A DNA stretch of 64,000 nt. It comes from Lingula anatina. Its lineage: Eukaryota > Animalia > Brachiopoda. The translations under genes were made by a program, and so were the position numbers. The stretch is from NCBI GenBank assembly GCA_051362555.1, contig CM120645.1, positions 23,836,934 through 23,900,933 of the forward strand. Direction: 5' to 3'. This document shows positions 35,801-46,288 of this stretch, in pieces. Position 1 is the stretch's first letter, and each line of letters opens with the position of its first letter. Under the pieces are notes generated by a model. The model saw only the letters and a program-made list of their open reading frames with translations. It was not told the origin of the DNA and searched no databases.

Positions 35801-37796
35801 TTTCTGAATATCCATGATACTAATATTTTATTATTAAAAATTGATGGTCATTATGCTGTTAAACATTATGTAATATTGCATCAAAATTTGAAAAAAACCT
35901 ATTTTGGGCACTGCTCCCATGATGACCATTTAAGAAAAACCATGTCACTTACTGTTCTCAAACAGTACAGTGAATATATATATATATATATATATAGATG
36001 TGTCTGTACATATTGCCATCACCTGCGTCTGTCGTCGCCGTCATCGCCGGGGCCGGCGCCGTGCACTTTCATTGTAAACACGATAAGTCGAAGGCAGTTT
36101 TACTTTTTGGCTTTATATTTACAGAGCTGATGAATATTCATAAAACGCAGGTCAAGTTCGAAAATCAGCATGATCGGGCCATTATTGTAGAAGTTATGCT
36201 TTTTTTTCACTTTTCAGCATATATGCAACACTGTAAACACATTCCAAGGAAAAGCGATAGGCCTGTTGTCATGAAACTCACAGGAGTAATCTATCTTACT
36301 AAAACGCAGGTCAAGTTTGAAAATCGGCATGATTAGGCCACTATTTTAGTAGTTATGCTTTTTTTTTCACTTTTCAGCATATATGCAACACTGTAAACAC
36401 AATATACGAAAAACAGATAGGCCAATTGTCATTAAACTCACAGGAGTGGTCAATCCTGCTAAAACGCAGGTTGAGTTAAAAAATCAGCATAATCGGGCCA
36501 TTATTTTAGAAGTTATGTTGTTTTTACACATTTCCTCAGATTCAATTCTTAGGCATGTTAACAGTTTCATTATTTAATAAATAAGATATGTGTTTGTTTG
36601 ACATTTCCTGCATCTTTATAACATTGTTAGTTGATTATGTAAAAATGATGGTTAATTTGTTATCGTGTATTGTGTAATAAAGTTTCAAAAGTGGAAATAA
36701 ACTCATATCATTGCAGTTTGTCAGATTCAATCATTCACTATGTTCAGAATCTCAGAATAGAAGAAATTGGACATTTAACACTGCTCTATTGATATTTTTT
36801 CCCATCTCATCAATTTTCTTAGTTGGATCATATAAAAATGGCAGTAAGCTGTTAATTTTGTTTTATGTTAAAAATTGTTGAAAATGGAAAAAAAAAAACA
36901 TTTCAGAACAGTGCTGTCTTGTTTAAATATAAAAATGTGTTTTTTTAGATCAACGTTTTTTCATTTAATCTGTTATATATAAACAGGATTTCTGATTGTG
37001 GCATGTCAGGAGAATAAGCAATTTATATTGTCTATTTTACTTTTTGGACGGTTTTGGTGAGCTTGAGTAATTTCAATTAGACTTTTGCTTATATATATTT
37101 CAATGAGCATTTATGTGTTATAAATCTTAACCTGGATTAACAGAAAGCCAGGATATGAGTGTTCTGTTAATTGGTATTGATATCTTACAGTGGTCCTCTC
37201 CGCAGACAATACCAGTCTCTGTTCTCTAAGGCACTTAAACCAACACATGGAAACCTGTCACCTATCAAACCAGTGTCTGATAAAGAAAATAGGTATGGTT
37301 ATACAGTGTGTGTGTGTGTGTGCGTGTGTGTGACGTACAATTCTCTTTGTTCAATTTTTCAGATTCTGTCAGATTTATAAGTTTAATGGGTTTTTAATTT
37401 TTTTTTTTTCAATTATGACTTTTTATTTTTTCTAGGTTGAAAGTTGCTCCAAAGGAAGTTGCTGGAAAAATTAATGCATTTTCTGTAACAGGTAAGTTGG
37501 AGTTTGCACCCACCTGTGTAGGCTTATTGTCTTTTCTAAGACCACCACAACTTGTTTCCAAATGCTGTTTTTAATGTCAGACTTAGATAGAAATATTCAT
37601 TGTTTGATTATTTAACTTATATATCATACTTTATCTCCATATTCTGATGTTTGATGTTGTCCTTGCAGGAGGAGGAGCCCAGAAGTCTGCCAGACGTAAT
37701 CTCCAGTCAGCTCTTGGAAGTCCTAAGAGAAAAACAGCTGTCAAATCTACTACGAAGCCAAAACTGAATAATGTGTCTAGAGCAGCATGGAGATAG
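24765..37796 (+). CDS. CCP110: Centriolar coiled-coil protein of 110 kDa (CP110) homolog
   Basis: Exons: 24765-24818, 26972-27127 (SMIRMDGAPILPPV), 27412-27540 (MTHERREEMQQYKRQA...KLLAKVQSIVD, like the CP110 N-terminal coiled coil), 27909-29184, 29444-29673, 30066-30221, 30929-31084, 31363-31686, 32088-32204 (SAAVKGYLTRRLYRTEKVQAIIQTIK, the CP110 calmodulin-binding IQ-like region), 32858-32959, 33270-33386, 33683-33753 (LSAATQKALERKK), 34241-34330, 37191-37292, 37436-37491, 37669-37796 (TAG). All phases are compatible; AATAAA near 38339. The first exon is the least certain. Confidence 0.88.
25940..26036. mobile_element. Fragment of a hAT-like MITE (one end only)
   Basis: Ends in CCTGGATCCGCCCATG after a poly-C tract. 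Same style of terminus as the complete element at 62533-62697; no partner TIR found. Confidence 0.45.
26195..26396 (-). ncRNA. Candidate intronic structured RNA with H/ACA-like layout
   Basis: Hand-folded branched stem, then ACACCA (fits ANANNA), a short hairpin, and ACA-NNN about 75 nt upstream of a splice acceptor. Contains a 58-bp tandem duplication. Confidence 0.4.
26267..26382. repeat. Perfect 58-bp tandem duplication
   Basis: ACATTGAGCAGAAAAGGGTATTCCTCCTGCTTTACAGAACTATACACCTCAGGGGTAA at 26267 and 26325. Confidence 0.95.
30390..30624 (+). mobile_element. Helentron-associated non-autonomous element (HINE-like)
   Basis: 5' TTACCTCTGTCAGGGAGG; GTTT/GTCT microsatellite; 3' subterminal CCTTGGCGGAGGT, hairpin GCGCTCTCGGAGTGC and terminal TTTCTAGT. 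Confidence 0.75.
32366..32631. mobile_element. Foldback (palindromic) MITE with arms of about 107 bp
   Basis: 32366-32472 is a near-perfect reverse complement of 32525-32631. Confidence 0.85.
33754..34240 (+). other. U12-type (minor spliceosome) GT-AG intron in CCP110
   Basis: 5' site GTATCCTTT; branch-point-like TCCTCAAC at 34223-34230, 10 nt before the end of the AG; no polypyrimidine tract; the phase-2 join CA|A keeps the frame. Confidence 0.85.
34370..35970 (+). mobile_element. Interspersed repeat with internal ~160-bp tandem units (Helitron/Helentron-like non-autonomous family), copy 1
   Basis: Starts with hairpin ACAGACACA-GA-TGTGTCTGT and a GTC/GCC-rich tract; tandem units contain AAAACGCAGGTCAAGTTCGAAAATC; highly similar to copies 2 and 3. 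Family assignment is inferred. Confidence 0.75.
35996..36924 (+). mobile_element. Same repeat family, copy 2
   Basis: Near-identical to copy 1; follows a (TA)n tract. Confidence 0.75.
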
Positions 37797-39722
37797 CAGA
37801 AATAGGACACTTGCCAAATACATGACAATGTACAGTTCCTGTTTTACTGTATTTGATGGAATTTTGAAAATTTTACTTAAAATTTTTTGGGGCCCAAAGT
37901 TGACGGGATCAGTGTGACCCTGAGACTGTAGACTGGTGGTAGAGTCGACTCTGAGCTGCTTTCAAAACAGCAACTGGCTTAATAATCTCAAGCATTTTCC
38001 CATTTGATGTAAAGCAAGTGGGTTAGAAGGTACCACAGAATGTTTTCTTATGGGTGTGTAATTCATCTATGTTGCAGAATCTTTTTATAACCTTTGGAGA
38101 AAGATTCCAAAGTTAAATCTTTCAAATGCTTGACGCCAATTTTCAGATTTCGATTTTTCTGTCTTGGTGTACTGCCATGCACTTATTAGGCTTCTTGCAG
38201 CGCTTAATCTCTAAAGACAGTGATTATATATATGCCAATATATAATTGTATGTATACTTTTTCTCATATTTACATATGACTGTGATAAACTGCTTATTTA
38301 CATTTTTTATCGAGAAATTGGGTTCTTGTCTTGATTGAAATAAAAATGTGAAAAAGACCCAACCGTTGTTTATGGTTTTGATAAATCTGTTTCATTTCTT
38401 CTTTGGTTGTGAAATAATTCTAATGAATACAACGCTGCACCTAAAAGAATTGGGTCGTACAATGCAATTTTTCAATCATTAAATTTGTAGTTTTGTGCGG
38501 GTGTAAACCGCCAGCGCAGGAGGGGACAAAATATATGGCTCGAGACAACTAGATGAACAGTCTTCCATCATATCACTTATATCATCCTTCACCACTTAAA
38601 CACGCTATCCATATTCTTGAATGTTATTAAAATATACGGCCTATCTGTAGTAATGTCCACCCAAACACTGTCAGCGTCTTCTCTGAAGTGCGCAATCCAC
38701 TCTAGCGCTGCGGATCGTGCAGTGTACACAAGGCAAGCAAATTCTGCAAAAATAGTTTGGGTTATTTCCGCATGTAATGATTTCCAATTTTTTACTGGAT
38801 AAAGAAAATGGGGAGCAACTTTACTAAAGCCAAATAATAGTTTCAAATGAGCGTTTACTCGTTGTGTTTGTTACTATTGAACATTCAACTCGTTTACAGT
38901 ACAAACGCAATTGAAAACGTTTATTGCCAGACGACTGAGCGACAGCGAGAAACAAAACTTGTTTGTTAAGAAATAGCAACATATGAACAAAAGCACATGG
39001 GTATCTTTTTCCATAAAAAAATAATAATTCAGATCTTTGATACACGCACTGTCCTTTTCTTTACGGCTACGGTCTCTTTTCTGTGGCGATTTCTTTAACA
39101 TTTTTTTTTTCATTATTTTTTATTTGACCTTTTCGAAAGTCATGACAACTGATATATTCAGGGCAAGGCAGTTTCCTGATAAATGTTAACTGAACATGCA
39201 GCTATTGTCCCCGGCTGCCTTTCAGTCATAATGAACGGCTTTGTCGCCAAAACAAACTCAAACAAGGTTATTTACATTTAGTGAGGTGTCATAAAGACAA
39301 GTTTACCAACAGTGGTGCGAGCTGTGAGCGAGCAGCGTATCATGACATTGTGGCTGGGTCAGTGCCATTAGCTGACCAAACGCTGCTTAACAACACTGAC
39401 ACAGCGAAAATTAAGTCCTGAATAAAAGGTAATTCTTTTTCGTAAGAAGAATTTCGTTGGTCTTAACTGAGATCCGGTTGCGCGCGCAGGTCACTTTAGG
39501 TTGCACGCTAGTTGAAGCAAGGAGTCTTGGTGCAATACTCCTTGGTTGAAGGGCGAATTTGTCTAGTGACGCTGATCTTTTTCACCGAAACGTAGTTTTG
39601 GGTGATTTTTATTGTGCACGTGGTGCATGCTATATCGTTATAGACAGTGGTCTTGCCGTTTGCAACGGTATTTGGCGCAATTTCAGTCAGGTTTCGTCGT
39701 CTGCTTCTGAACACGTGGTGTC

Positions 39723-40820
39723 ATGGCGGACGAAACTACATGTAGTACCATTACTAAAAATGGACCTGAACACGTGAGTGATGGCAGGAAGGGTAAAGGG
39801 AAGTCGGCTTCCAAAAACCCTAAGTCTGTGGAGAAATCCTCGTCAGAGGATAATATTATGTCATTACTTGTATCTTTAAAAGCCTCTGTGGACGCTCAGG
39901 ACGGCAGGTTAGAGAACATCGTCAGCCGTATTGATAATATGGAGGCGCAATATTCTCAGTATGACGACGAAGTTTACGTCGATAATGAATGTGTTGAGCC
40001 GGAGGAGGCAGGCACAACGGGTGAAAAAAGGAAGTTGGACTCGTATCTTCCCGACACGGAAGACAACCTGTTTAAGCACATGGCCAAGAAGTTTAACATG
40101 TCGGAGGAAATGGCCGACAACGTGGATGATGTGCTGGCCAAAACTGTGAACGATCTTTTTATGAATGGCCTGGACGAACAACATTTAAACGAGTTGATTA
40201 AACAGAACCACAGGCCAGGTAACTGTGATTACCTGCAAGTCGTGAAAACCAACCAGTTGATATGGGACCAGGTCCCAGGTTGGACCAAAGCAAACGATAG
40301 GAAAATGCAAAACATAGCACATACTTTGGTTAAAGGTGCAAACATTTTAGTTAAAACTGTAAACCAGATGGCCTTATACGAAAGGAATCCAGATAAGGAC
40401 ATGAGTGATCATATTGGCAGCATGATCGAAAACTGCAACGATGTCCTAGCACTCATGGGACATATGAACAGGCAGATAAATATGACAAGGAAAGATTTTT
40501 TGAAACCGCAATTGAGCGGAGAATATGCTCACCTCTGCAGTCATGAGCTGACTTACAGCCAAAAATTTTTATTTGGAGACGATCTTCCCAAAATGGCAAG
40601 GGATATAGAGGATTGCTCAAAAATCAAACATAAATTGTTTGACAGATCTCTCAGAGGACGTAGAGGACGTGGTGCCAGAGGCCGTGGATCTGTGTACAGA
40701 GGTGTTAATCGACCTACTGGAGGGGGAAGACCCAGAGTGTGGCAGGATGATCCTGGAGCAGGGCCTTCTTTTGCAAAAAACTATGTACGCAGGGGACAGA
40801 GGAATCTGCCCAAGCAATAA
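39723..40820 (+). CDS. DIRS ORF1 (gag-like)
   Basis: 365-aa ATG ORF with a coiled coil, RPGNC..L...KTNQLIW and LFGDDL motifs typical of DIRS ORF1, and an RG-rich C-terminus. Confidence 0.88.
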   Translation: MADETTCSTITKNGPEHVSDGRKGKGKSASKNPKSVEKSSSEDNIMSLLVSLKASVDAQDGRLENIVSRIDNMEAQYSQYDDEVYVDNECVEPEEAGTTGEKRKLDSYLPDTEDNLFKHMAKKFNMSEEMADNVDDVLAKTVNDLFMNGLDEQHLNELIKQNHRPGNCDYLQVVKTNQLIWDQVPGWTKANDRKMQNIAHTLVKGANILVKTVNQMALYERNPDKDMSDHIGSMIENCNDVLALMGHMNRQINMTRKDFLKPQLSGEYAHLCSHELTYSQKFLFGDDLPKMARDIEDCSKIKHKLFDRSLRGRRGRGARGRGSVYRGVNRPTGGGRPRVWQDDPGAGPSFAKNYVRRGQRNLPKQ

Positions 40821-40852
40821 ATGAGGTAAATAATTATTTTGAAGCAGGTAGA

Positions 40853-42868
40853 TTGGCTGACTTTATTGATCAATGGAAACTGATTACAAGTGACCTATTT
40901 ATTCTTGACATTGTAAAGCATTGTCATATTAATCTAGATTTTAACGGTGGGATTCCTGCCATTGTGAAATCAAATTGCAAGTTTAATAGGTTAGAAATGT
41001 CCATTATTGACATAGAAATTAAAAAATTATTGGACATGAAAGTGATTATTCCTGTGAATAGTGAAGCAGGCCAAATTTTATCACCAATTTTTTTGAGACA
41101 AAAAGAAAATGGTGAATACAGATTAATTCTGAATCTAAGGGAATTAAATCGGTTCATTCCATATCAGCATTTTAAGATGGAAACCTTTGAGAAAACCCTA
41201 CCATTGATAACCAAAAATGTAAAAATGGGGTCTGTCGATATCCGTCATGCTTATTATTCAATTAAACTTGCAGATGAACAGCAAAAATTTTTTAGATTCC
41301 AGTGGAGGGATAAAATCTACCAATATACCTGCTTACCCAATGGGGTCAGTGAAGGCCCGCGATTGTTTACAAAACTTCTTAAACCAGTTTTTGGGAAACT
41401 GAGAAGTTTAGGTTATGTTAGTTCAGGGTACATTGATGACAGTTTAATAATTGGCAGTGATGATTTAGAATGTACGGAGAACTTAAATGCAACAGTTACA
41501 CTTCTGTCCAAATTGGGTTTCATCATAAATGAAGACAAATCAGTTTTGAGACCAACAAGCAAGTTAAAATTTTTGGGAAATGTTATTGATTCTGACAAAA
41601 TGATAGTAACACTGCCACTTGACAGGCAGGAGAAAATAATTTCTGCATGCGAAGAGTTGTATAATGTTTCAAAGGCACCTATTAGACAAGTGGCGAGAGT
41701 CATTGGGTTGTTAGTAGCAAGTTTTTCAGCTGTGGATTATGGCAAACTGTACTATAGGAAGTTAGAAAGAGCAAAGATTAAGGCTTTACAAGAATCGAAG
41801 GGTAACTATGATGCACCCATGATAATATCAAACAGTATGAGGTCAGATTTAATTTGGTGGATTGTCAACTTGAAATCCCAGCATAGGGTTATTGCTAGAC
41901 CAAACCCCTCAGAGACTTTACATACAGACGCATCCACTTTAGGTTGGGGTGCAAGTTATAAAAACAATAATTTTGGAGGTAGATGGACGGATGTAGAGGG
42001 TAAATTGCCTATTAATGTATTAGAATTAATGGCCATTTTGAATGCACTCAAGTCCCTCAAACGTGATCTTAAGTCAAAGCATATTAAGGTGATGTCAGAT
42101 AACACTACGGCAGTGTCATACATTAACAACATGGGAGGCACAGTTTCTGAAAACTGTAATAAAGTAGCATGTGACATATGGATTTGGTGTATATCACATG
42201 ATGTCTGGTTAACATGTACACATATAGCTGGCAAAAATAATGAGGCAGCAGATAAGGCTTCCAGAGAATTCAAGGATGATCTTGAATGGAAATTAGACAG
42301 CAAGATTTTTCATAAGATATGTAATTTTTGGGGAATCCCAGATATAGACTGCTTTGCATCTAGAATAAATGCTCAAGTAGAAACATATTGTTCATGGAAG
42401 CCTGATCCAAACTGCTCTTTTGTTGATGCTTTTACCATTGACTGGGAAACTTTTAACTCAGTTTATTTGTTTCCACCTTTTAGCTTACTGGGAAACTGTG
42501 TGCAGAAAGTCAGACAGGACAGAGCCAAGGGAATCATTGTAGCACCAATGTGGCCCACACAAGCATGGTTTCCGAGACTGATGGAATTGTTGGTGGAGAA
42601 ACCAGTCATAATACAGAAAAAGAAGAATCTTTTAAGACTTCCTCACCTGCAGTTGAAACACCCTTTGGAAGGGAAATTAAGACTGATTGCTTGCAAAGTG
42701 TCAGGAATAGTTTCAGAGAACGAGGATTTTCAGAGGACTCTACCAAAATACTTATGTTGTCTTGGAAAACAGGGACACAAAAACAATATAACACACACAT
42801 TAACAGGTGGTTTCAGTACTGTAGTAAAAGGACGATTACTCCACTTTCGCCAACTTTGGAAGCAGTAA
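40853..42868 (+). CDS. DIRS pol: reverse transcriptase, RNase H and methyltransferase-like domain
   Basis: RT motifs YRLILNL, DIRHAY, LPNG, YIDD, FLG; RNase H TDAS, ELMA, SDN, ADKASR; MT-like DCFASRIN and YLFPPF. The frame is open from 40751 with no early ATG (40853 is TTG). Confidence 0.93.
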   Translation: MADFIDQWKLITSDLFILDIVKHCHINLDFNGGIPAIVKSNCKFNRLEMSIIDIEIKKLLDMKVIIPVNSEAGQILSPIFLRQKENGEYRLILNLRELNRFIPYQHFKMETFEKTLPLITKNVKMGSVDIRHAYYSIKLADEQQKFFRFQWRDKIYQYTCLPNGVSEGPRLFTKLLKPVFGKLRSLGYVSSGYIDDSLIIGSDDLECTENLNATVTLLSKLGFIINEDKSVLRPTSKLKFLGNVIDSDKMIVTLPLDRQEKIISACEELYNVSKAPIRQVARVIGLLVASFSAVDYGKLYYRKLERAKIKALQESKGNYDAPMIISNSMRSDLIWWIVNLKSQHRVIARPNPSETLHTDASTLGWGASYKNNNFGGRWTDVEGKLPINVLELMAILNALKSLKRDLKSKHIKVMSDNTTAVSYINNMGGTVSENCNKVACDIWIWCISHDVWLTCTHIAGKNNEAADKASREFKDDLEWKLDSKIFHKICNFWGIPDIDCFASRINAQVETYCSWKPDPNCSFVDAFTIDWETFNSVYLFPPFSLLGNCVQKVRQDRAKGIIVAPMWPTQAWFPRLMELLVEKPVIIQKKKNLLRLPHLQLKHPLEGKLRLIACKVSGIVSENEDFQRTLPKYLCCLGKQGHKNNITHTLTGGFSTVVKGRLLHFRQLWKQ

Positions 42869-43671
42869 TCGAGTTTTTAACTGAACAATTTAATAAAGGT
42901 TTGGGTTATGAGAGTTTGAACACTGCACGTGGAGCTCTCTCAGCTTTAGGAATAAACTTTGATGGATTCAGAATTGGAAATCACCCATTAATTATCAGAT
43001 ACATGAAGGGTGTGTTTGCAGCCAGACCATCACAACCCAGATACACAGAGGTGTGGGATGTTGAAAGAGTATTGACATATTTGAGGAAACTTTCTCCTGT
43101 TAAGCATATAACTCTCAAAGATTTGACATTAAAGCTAGTGATGCTCATGGCTCTGACTCAAGCTGCACGTACACAAACTTTGCAGTTGTTAAGTTTTCAA
43201 GGTTATAAAAAATTGAGAACTGAGTTTTTGTTCAAGTTAGATGGTTCTTTAAAACAAAATAGGCCAGGTTATAATGTTGTTTCAGTATCTTTTAAGGCCT
43301 ACCCTCCAGACAGGAGGCTTTGTGTGTATACTGTATTGAAGGAATATTTGTTTCGCACAAAAGTCATGAGAAATGACAAGAACTGTGCACGTTTGTTAAT
43401 AAGTTACATGAAACCACATCATAATGTCGCAAGAGACACAGTAGCAAGATGGATAAAAACTGTTATGAGTAGAGCTGGTATAGACACTTATACATTTAGC
43501 TCTCACAGTGTTAGAGCTGCAGCTACCTCTAAGGCAAAAGCCTCTGCAGTACCTATATCAGTCATTATTGACAAAGCTGGTTGGTCTAAGAAAAGTACTT
43601 TTGCGAAGTTCTATGACAAGCGCATTGTAAGTAATCAAGACAGATTCCAGGATGGAGTTCTGGGTAAATAA
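42550..43671 (+). CDS. DIRS tyrosine recombinase
   Basis: Catalytic residues in AARTQTL (R), LKQNR (K), HSVR, AGW and FAKFY (Y). Overlaps the last 319 nt of pol; first ATG at 42565. Confidence 0.93.
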   Translation: MAHTSMVSETDGIVGGETSHNTEKEESFKTSSPAVETPFGREIKTDCLQSVRNSFRERGFSEDSTKILMLSWKTGTQKQYNTHINRWFQYCSKRTITPLSPTLEAVIEFLTEQFNKGLGYESLNTARGALSALGINFDGFRIGNHPLIIRYMKGVFAARPSQPRYTEVWDVERVLTYLRKLSPVKHITLKDLTLKLVMLMALTQAARTQTLQLLSFQGYKKLRTEFLFKLDGSLKQNRPGYNVVSVSFKAYPPDRRLCVYTVLKEYLFRTKVMRNDKNCARLLISYMKPHHNVARDTVARWIKTVMSRAGIDTYTFSSHSVRAAATSKAKASAVPISVIIDKAGWSKKSTFAKFYDKRIVSNQDRFQDGVLGK

Positions 43672-43718
43672 AGAATCTTTTGAAATGAATGAAATGTTTG
43701 TCACATCAAGCTTTAAAG

Positions 43719-43844
43719 TCTCAGTTAAGACCAACGAAATTCTTCTTACGAAAAAGAATTTAAAAAATTAAACGAGACTTACCTTGGTTAAGTCGAAGTT
43801 TGATTTCAATTCTTTGAGTAAAGAATTGAGGGAGGGCTTAACTG
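43719..43844. repeat. DIRS internal complementary region (ICR)
   Basis: 43719-43760 is the reverse complement of 39431-39472; 43757-43844 is the reverse complement of 43985-44072. Confidence 0.95.
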
Positions 43845-44775
43845 CCACCCTCCCACCCAACTTTGGGTTACAGCTCATTGCTTGTATTATAGAGGAAGAG
43901 AGCTGTGGGGAATTAATGTAATTAATTCCATGTGGTTAATGTGACAAACACTTTGAAAAGTGCCCTGCGCGCGCAACCGGATCTCAGTTAAGCCCTCCCT
44001 CAATTCTTTACTCAAAGAATTGAAATCAAACTTCGACTTAACCAAGGTAAGTCTCGTTTAATTTTTTAAATTATGCCGATGCTTGTGCATTTTAAAGAGA
44101 TTTGCTTGCCGTTATTTCAAATACCAATACTTCAAATACATTTTACAGGGTTAATATCATTTAACAAGCCACTGTGTCACTTGATCGTAACATCATTTTG
44201 ATTTTTTTCACGAATCCGTACTTTGGTCAAAAATGAAAATTATTCCTAGAAATACACAAGATGCCTGTAGGGTGCATGCAATAGCTCCTGCTTGAATAAG
44301 GTATGTTCTTGTAAAATAACACTCACATGACGTACAGGTGACTTTGTGGAAAACTAAGACGCAAGATGGTAGGTCCATGAAGTTTTCTCTAGTTGTCCAG
44401 TCGGTACCTACACGCACGCACTACCGTCACCCGTCCACACACGCACGCGCGCACACACACACGCACACACGTGACGGGGCGCAGGCACAAAGCGTCTGGT
44501 GTCACTCAGGTATTCAGGTGGGTCGTACTGTATCTACAGGTGAGAAAGGTGAATGAAATACATCGTAATTTTAATGGAACCGCTGTCATTGTTCTGTCGT
44601 TATTTATTATTTTGCTCCTTGGAGGACATTAACAACGGACTCATTGGCCTATGTCAATTGAAAAGAGAAAAAAATAACGCCCTTTGCTTGTAAACACCAC
44701 AATTTCAATAGACTATAGTTTTTATTCATTTATTTTTCAGCTGTCTGTTTAAGAGAACAAGGTTACTCAAAGGCC

Positions 44776-44903
44776 TTGGGCACTTTTTGGGTTCGATGTG
44801 AAAGAAACTGTTGCTCTCTGTATTAGCCCAGCGAACGCCTGGGGCACATTTTAGATTCGAAGGGAAAGAAACTGCTGCTCTCTGTACTAGGCCGGTGAAC
44901 GCC
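44776..44903. repeat. Diverged ~64-bp tandem duplication
   Basis: Two copies of GGGCAC...TTCGA...GAAAGAAACTG.TGCTCTCTGTA.TAG...GAACGCC inside a probable 5' UTR exon (44741-45124). Confidence 0.75.
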
Positions 44904-46111
44904 CTGGAGAAGACTAATTCCCCACTTCAGTGTGACACGCACACCAAGCACGGGGTCAAAGTATTGGGTTAAAACGTGAGCAAAGGACGTGCTTCTCGCT
45001 TAAGTACACTTGACGACTAACTGGTGCAGAAAAGACTCGGTGGCTTCAGTGTTGGCGATAGTGTGACCGGGATGGCGTCGTCTTGGAAAGTGAAATGGCT
45101 ACTTGGCTTTTGATACCCCACCGGGTAAGTTTATCTCACTTTGTTCAAGTTAAGGTAAATTTAAAATGACTATCTGTCGTTTTCATATTGGTTCTTGGCC
45201 AATTATTAAGATTTTATTATGAAAGTATCAGATCTTATAGTAAAATGCAGTGCTGTTCTAGGTGTTTTTAAGCACAGAAAAAAAATCTTACAATAATTCC
45301 AATGTTTTTTTTTTTAATTCTTTTTGTAAAGGTTTTGTATTTATTTGATCAGCAAATCCTGTGTCAATCTACGTGGCTTTGTTTGTGAAAGGGATAGGTT
45401 GGCCACATTATTTCTCCCCCTCTTACACCCTGTACCCTACAAAAACTTTCTAACATCAAAAATAAAAATAGGTTCTTTTACGATAACTTTAATGTCGTCG
45501 ATATTCTAGCGCTACCTCTGAATTATTGCAACACTTTGATCACTGCCAGGTTACTGCATGAAAACCAAGACAAATTGTCGTCTGATTTATTTCTCATGTG
45601 TTGATGTCTCTCTCGTTTCCATTTTCCTGGTAAACAACAGATAAATGAAATACGAACGAAAAAATAGAGTGTAACGAGTTTAAGGCTCATACACCAATTT
45701 TCAGATGTATTTAGGTGAAAAGAAATAAGATCGAGACCCCCTGCATACAATAGACTAGCTGAATATGTTCAGTGATACGTTATATATTACAGGGATTTTT
45801 ATTCATTCTCTTGTATGAATATTAATAAATTGGTTTATCACAAAATGGAAAAAATATTATAGGTGTAAATTTGGGCACCTGTAAGAAAACTATTGTAATA
45901 AGATCTAATCTGTTCAAGGTATTTTCACAAAGCACTGCAAGGTGTTGCTGTACAGGTCAGGTCAACATGGGGTCCTTTTATAAGGAGCTATCATGATTTG
46001 TGAACTTAAACCGTTAATGCAAAATCAACCTATTTTTCAGCAGTTTCAGTGAAGTTAAACCGACAGCGAAATATCTGAACTAAGTTTGGGTTTTGGAGCA
46101 CTATCTCGACC

Positions 46112-46249
46112 ATGGCACTGTACAGTACTAGTTGGACGGTCAAGCTTGGTCTTGGCCTTGTGATCTTGGCCTCACTGACCACGGTGACCTTGACAAGTAA
46201 GTTGGGTTTTTTTTATCGCTGTCTAACTTTATGTCTAGTTTTTTGTGCT

Positions 46250-46288
<39 letters not shown>

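Larger units (their letters stand above)
39431..44072 (+). mobile_element. DIRS1-like tyrosine-recombinase retrotransposon, full length
   Basis: Three ORFs (gag-like, RT/RNase H/MT, YR). Inverted repeats 39462-39497 and 43957-43992. Internal complementary region 43719-43844 is complementary to the left end (39431-39472) and to the right end (43985-44072). AATT occurs at both termini. Confidence 0.95.

Noticed and set aside
34261-36577. Repeated ORFs (MCLYILPSPAS..., MQHCKH...)
   Set aside because: Open frames within tandem units of a non-autonomous repeat; stops differ between copies.
39909-42800. Antisense and alternate-frame ORFs within the DIRS element
   Set aside because: Shadows of the three real ORFs, with no independent motifs.
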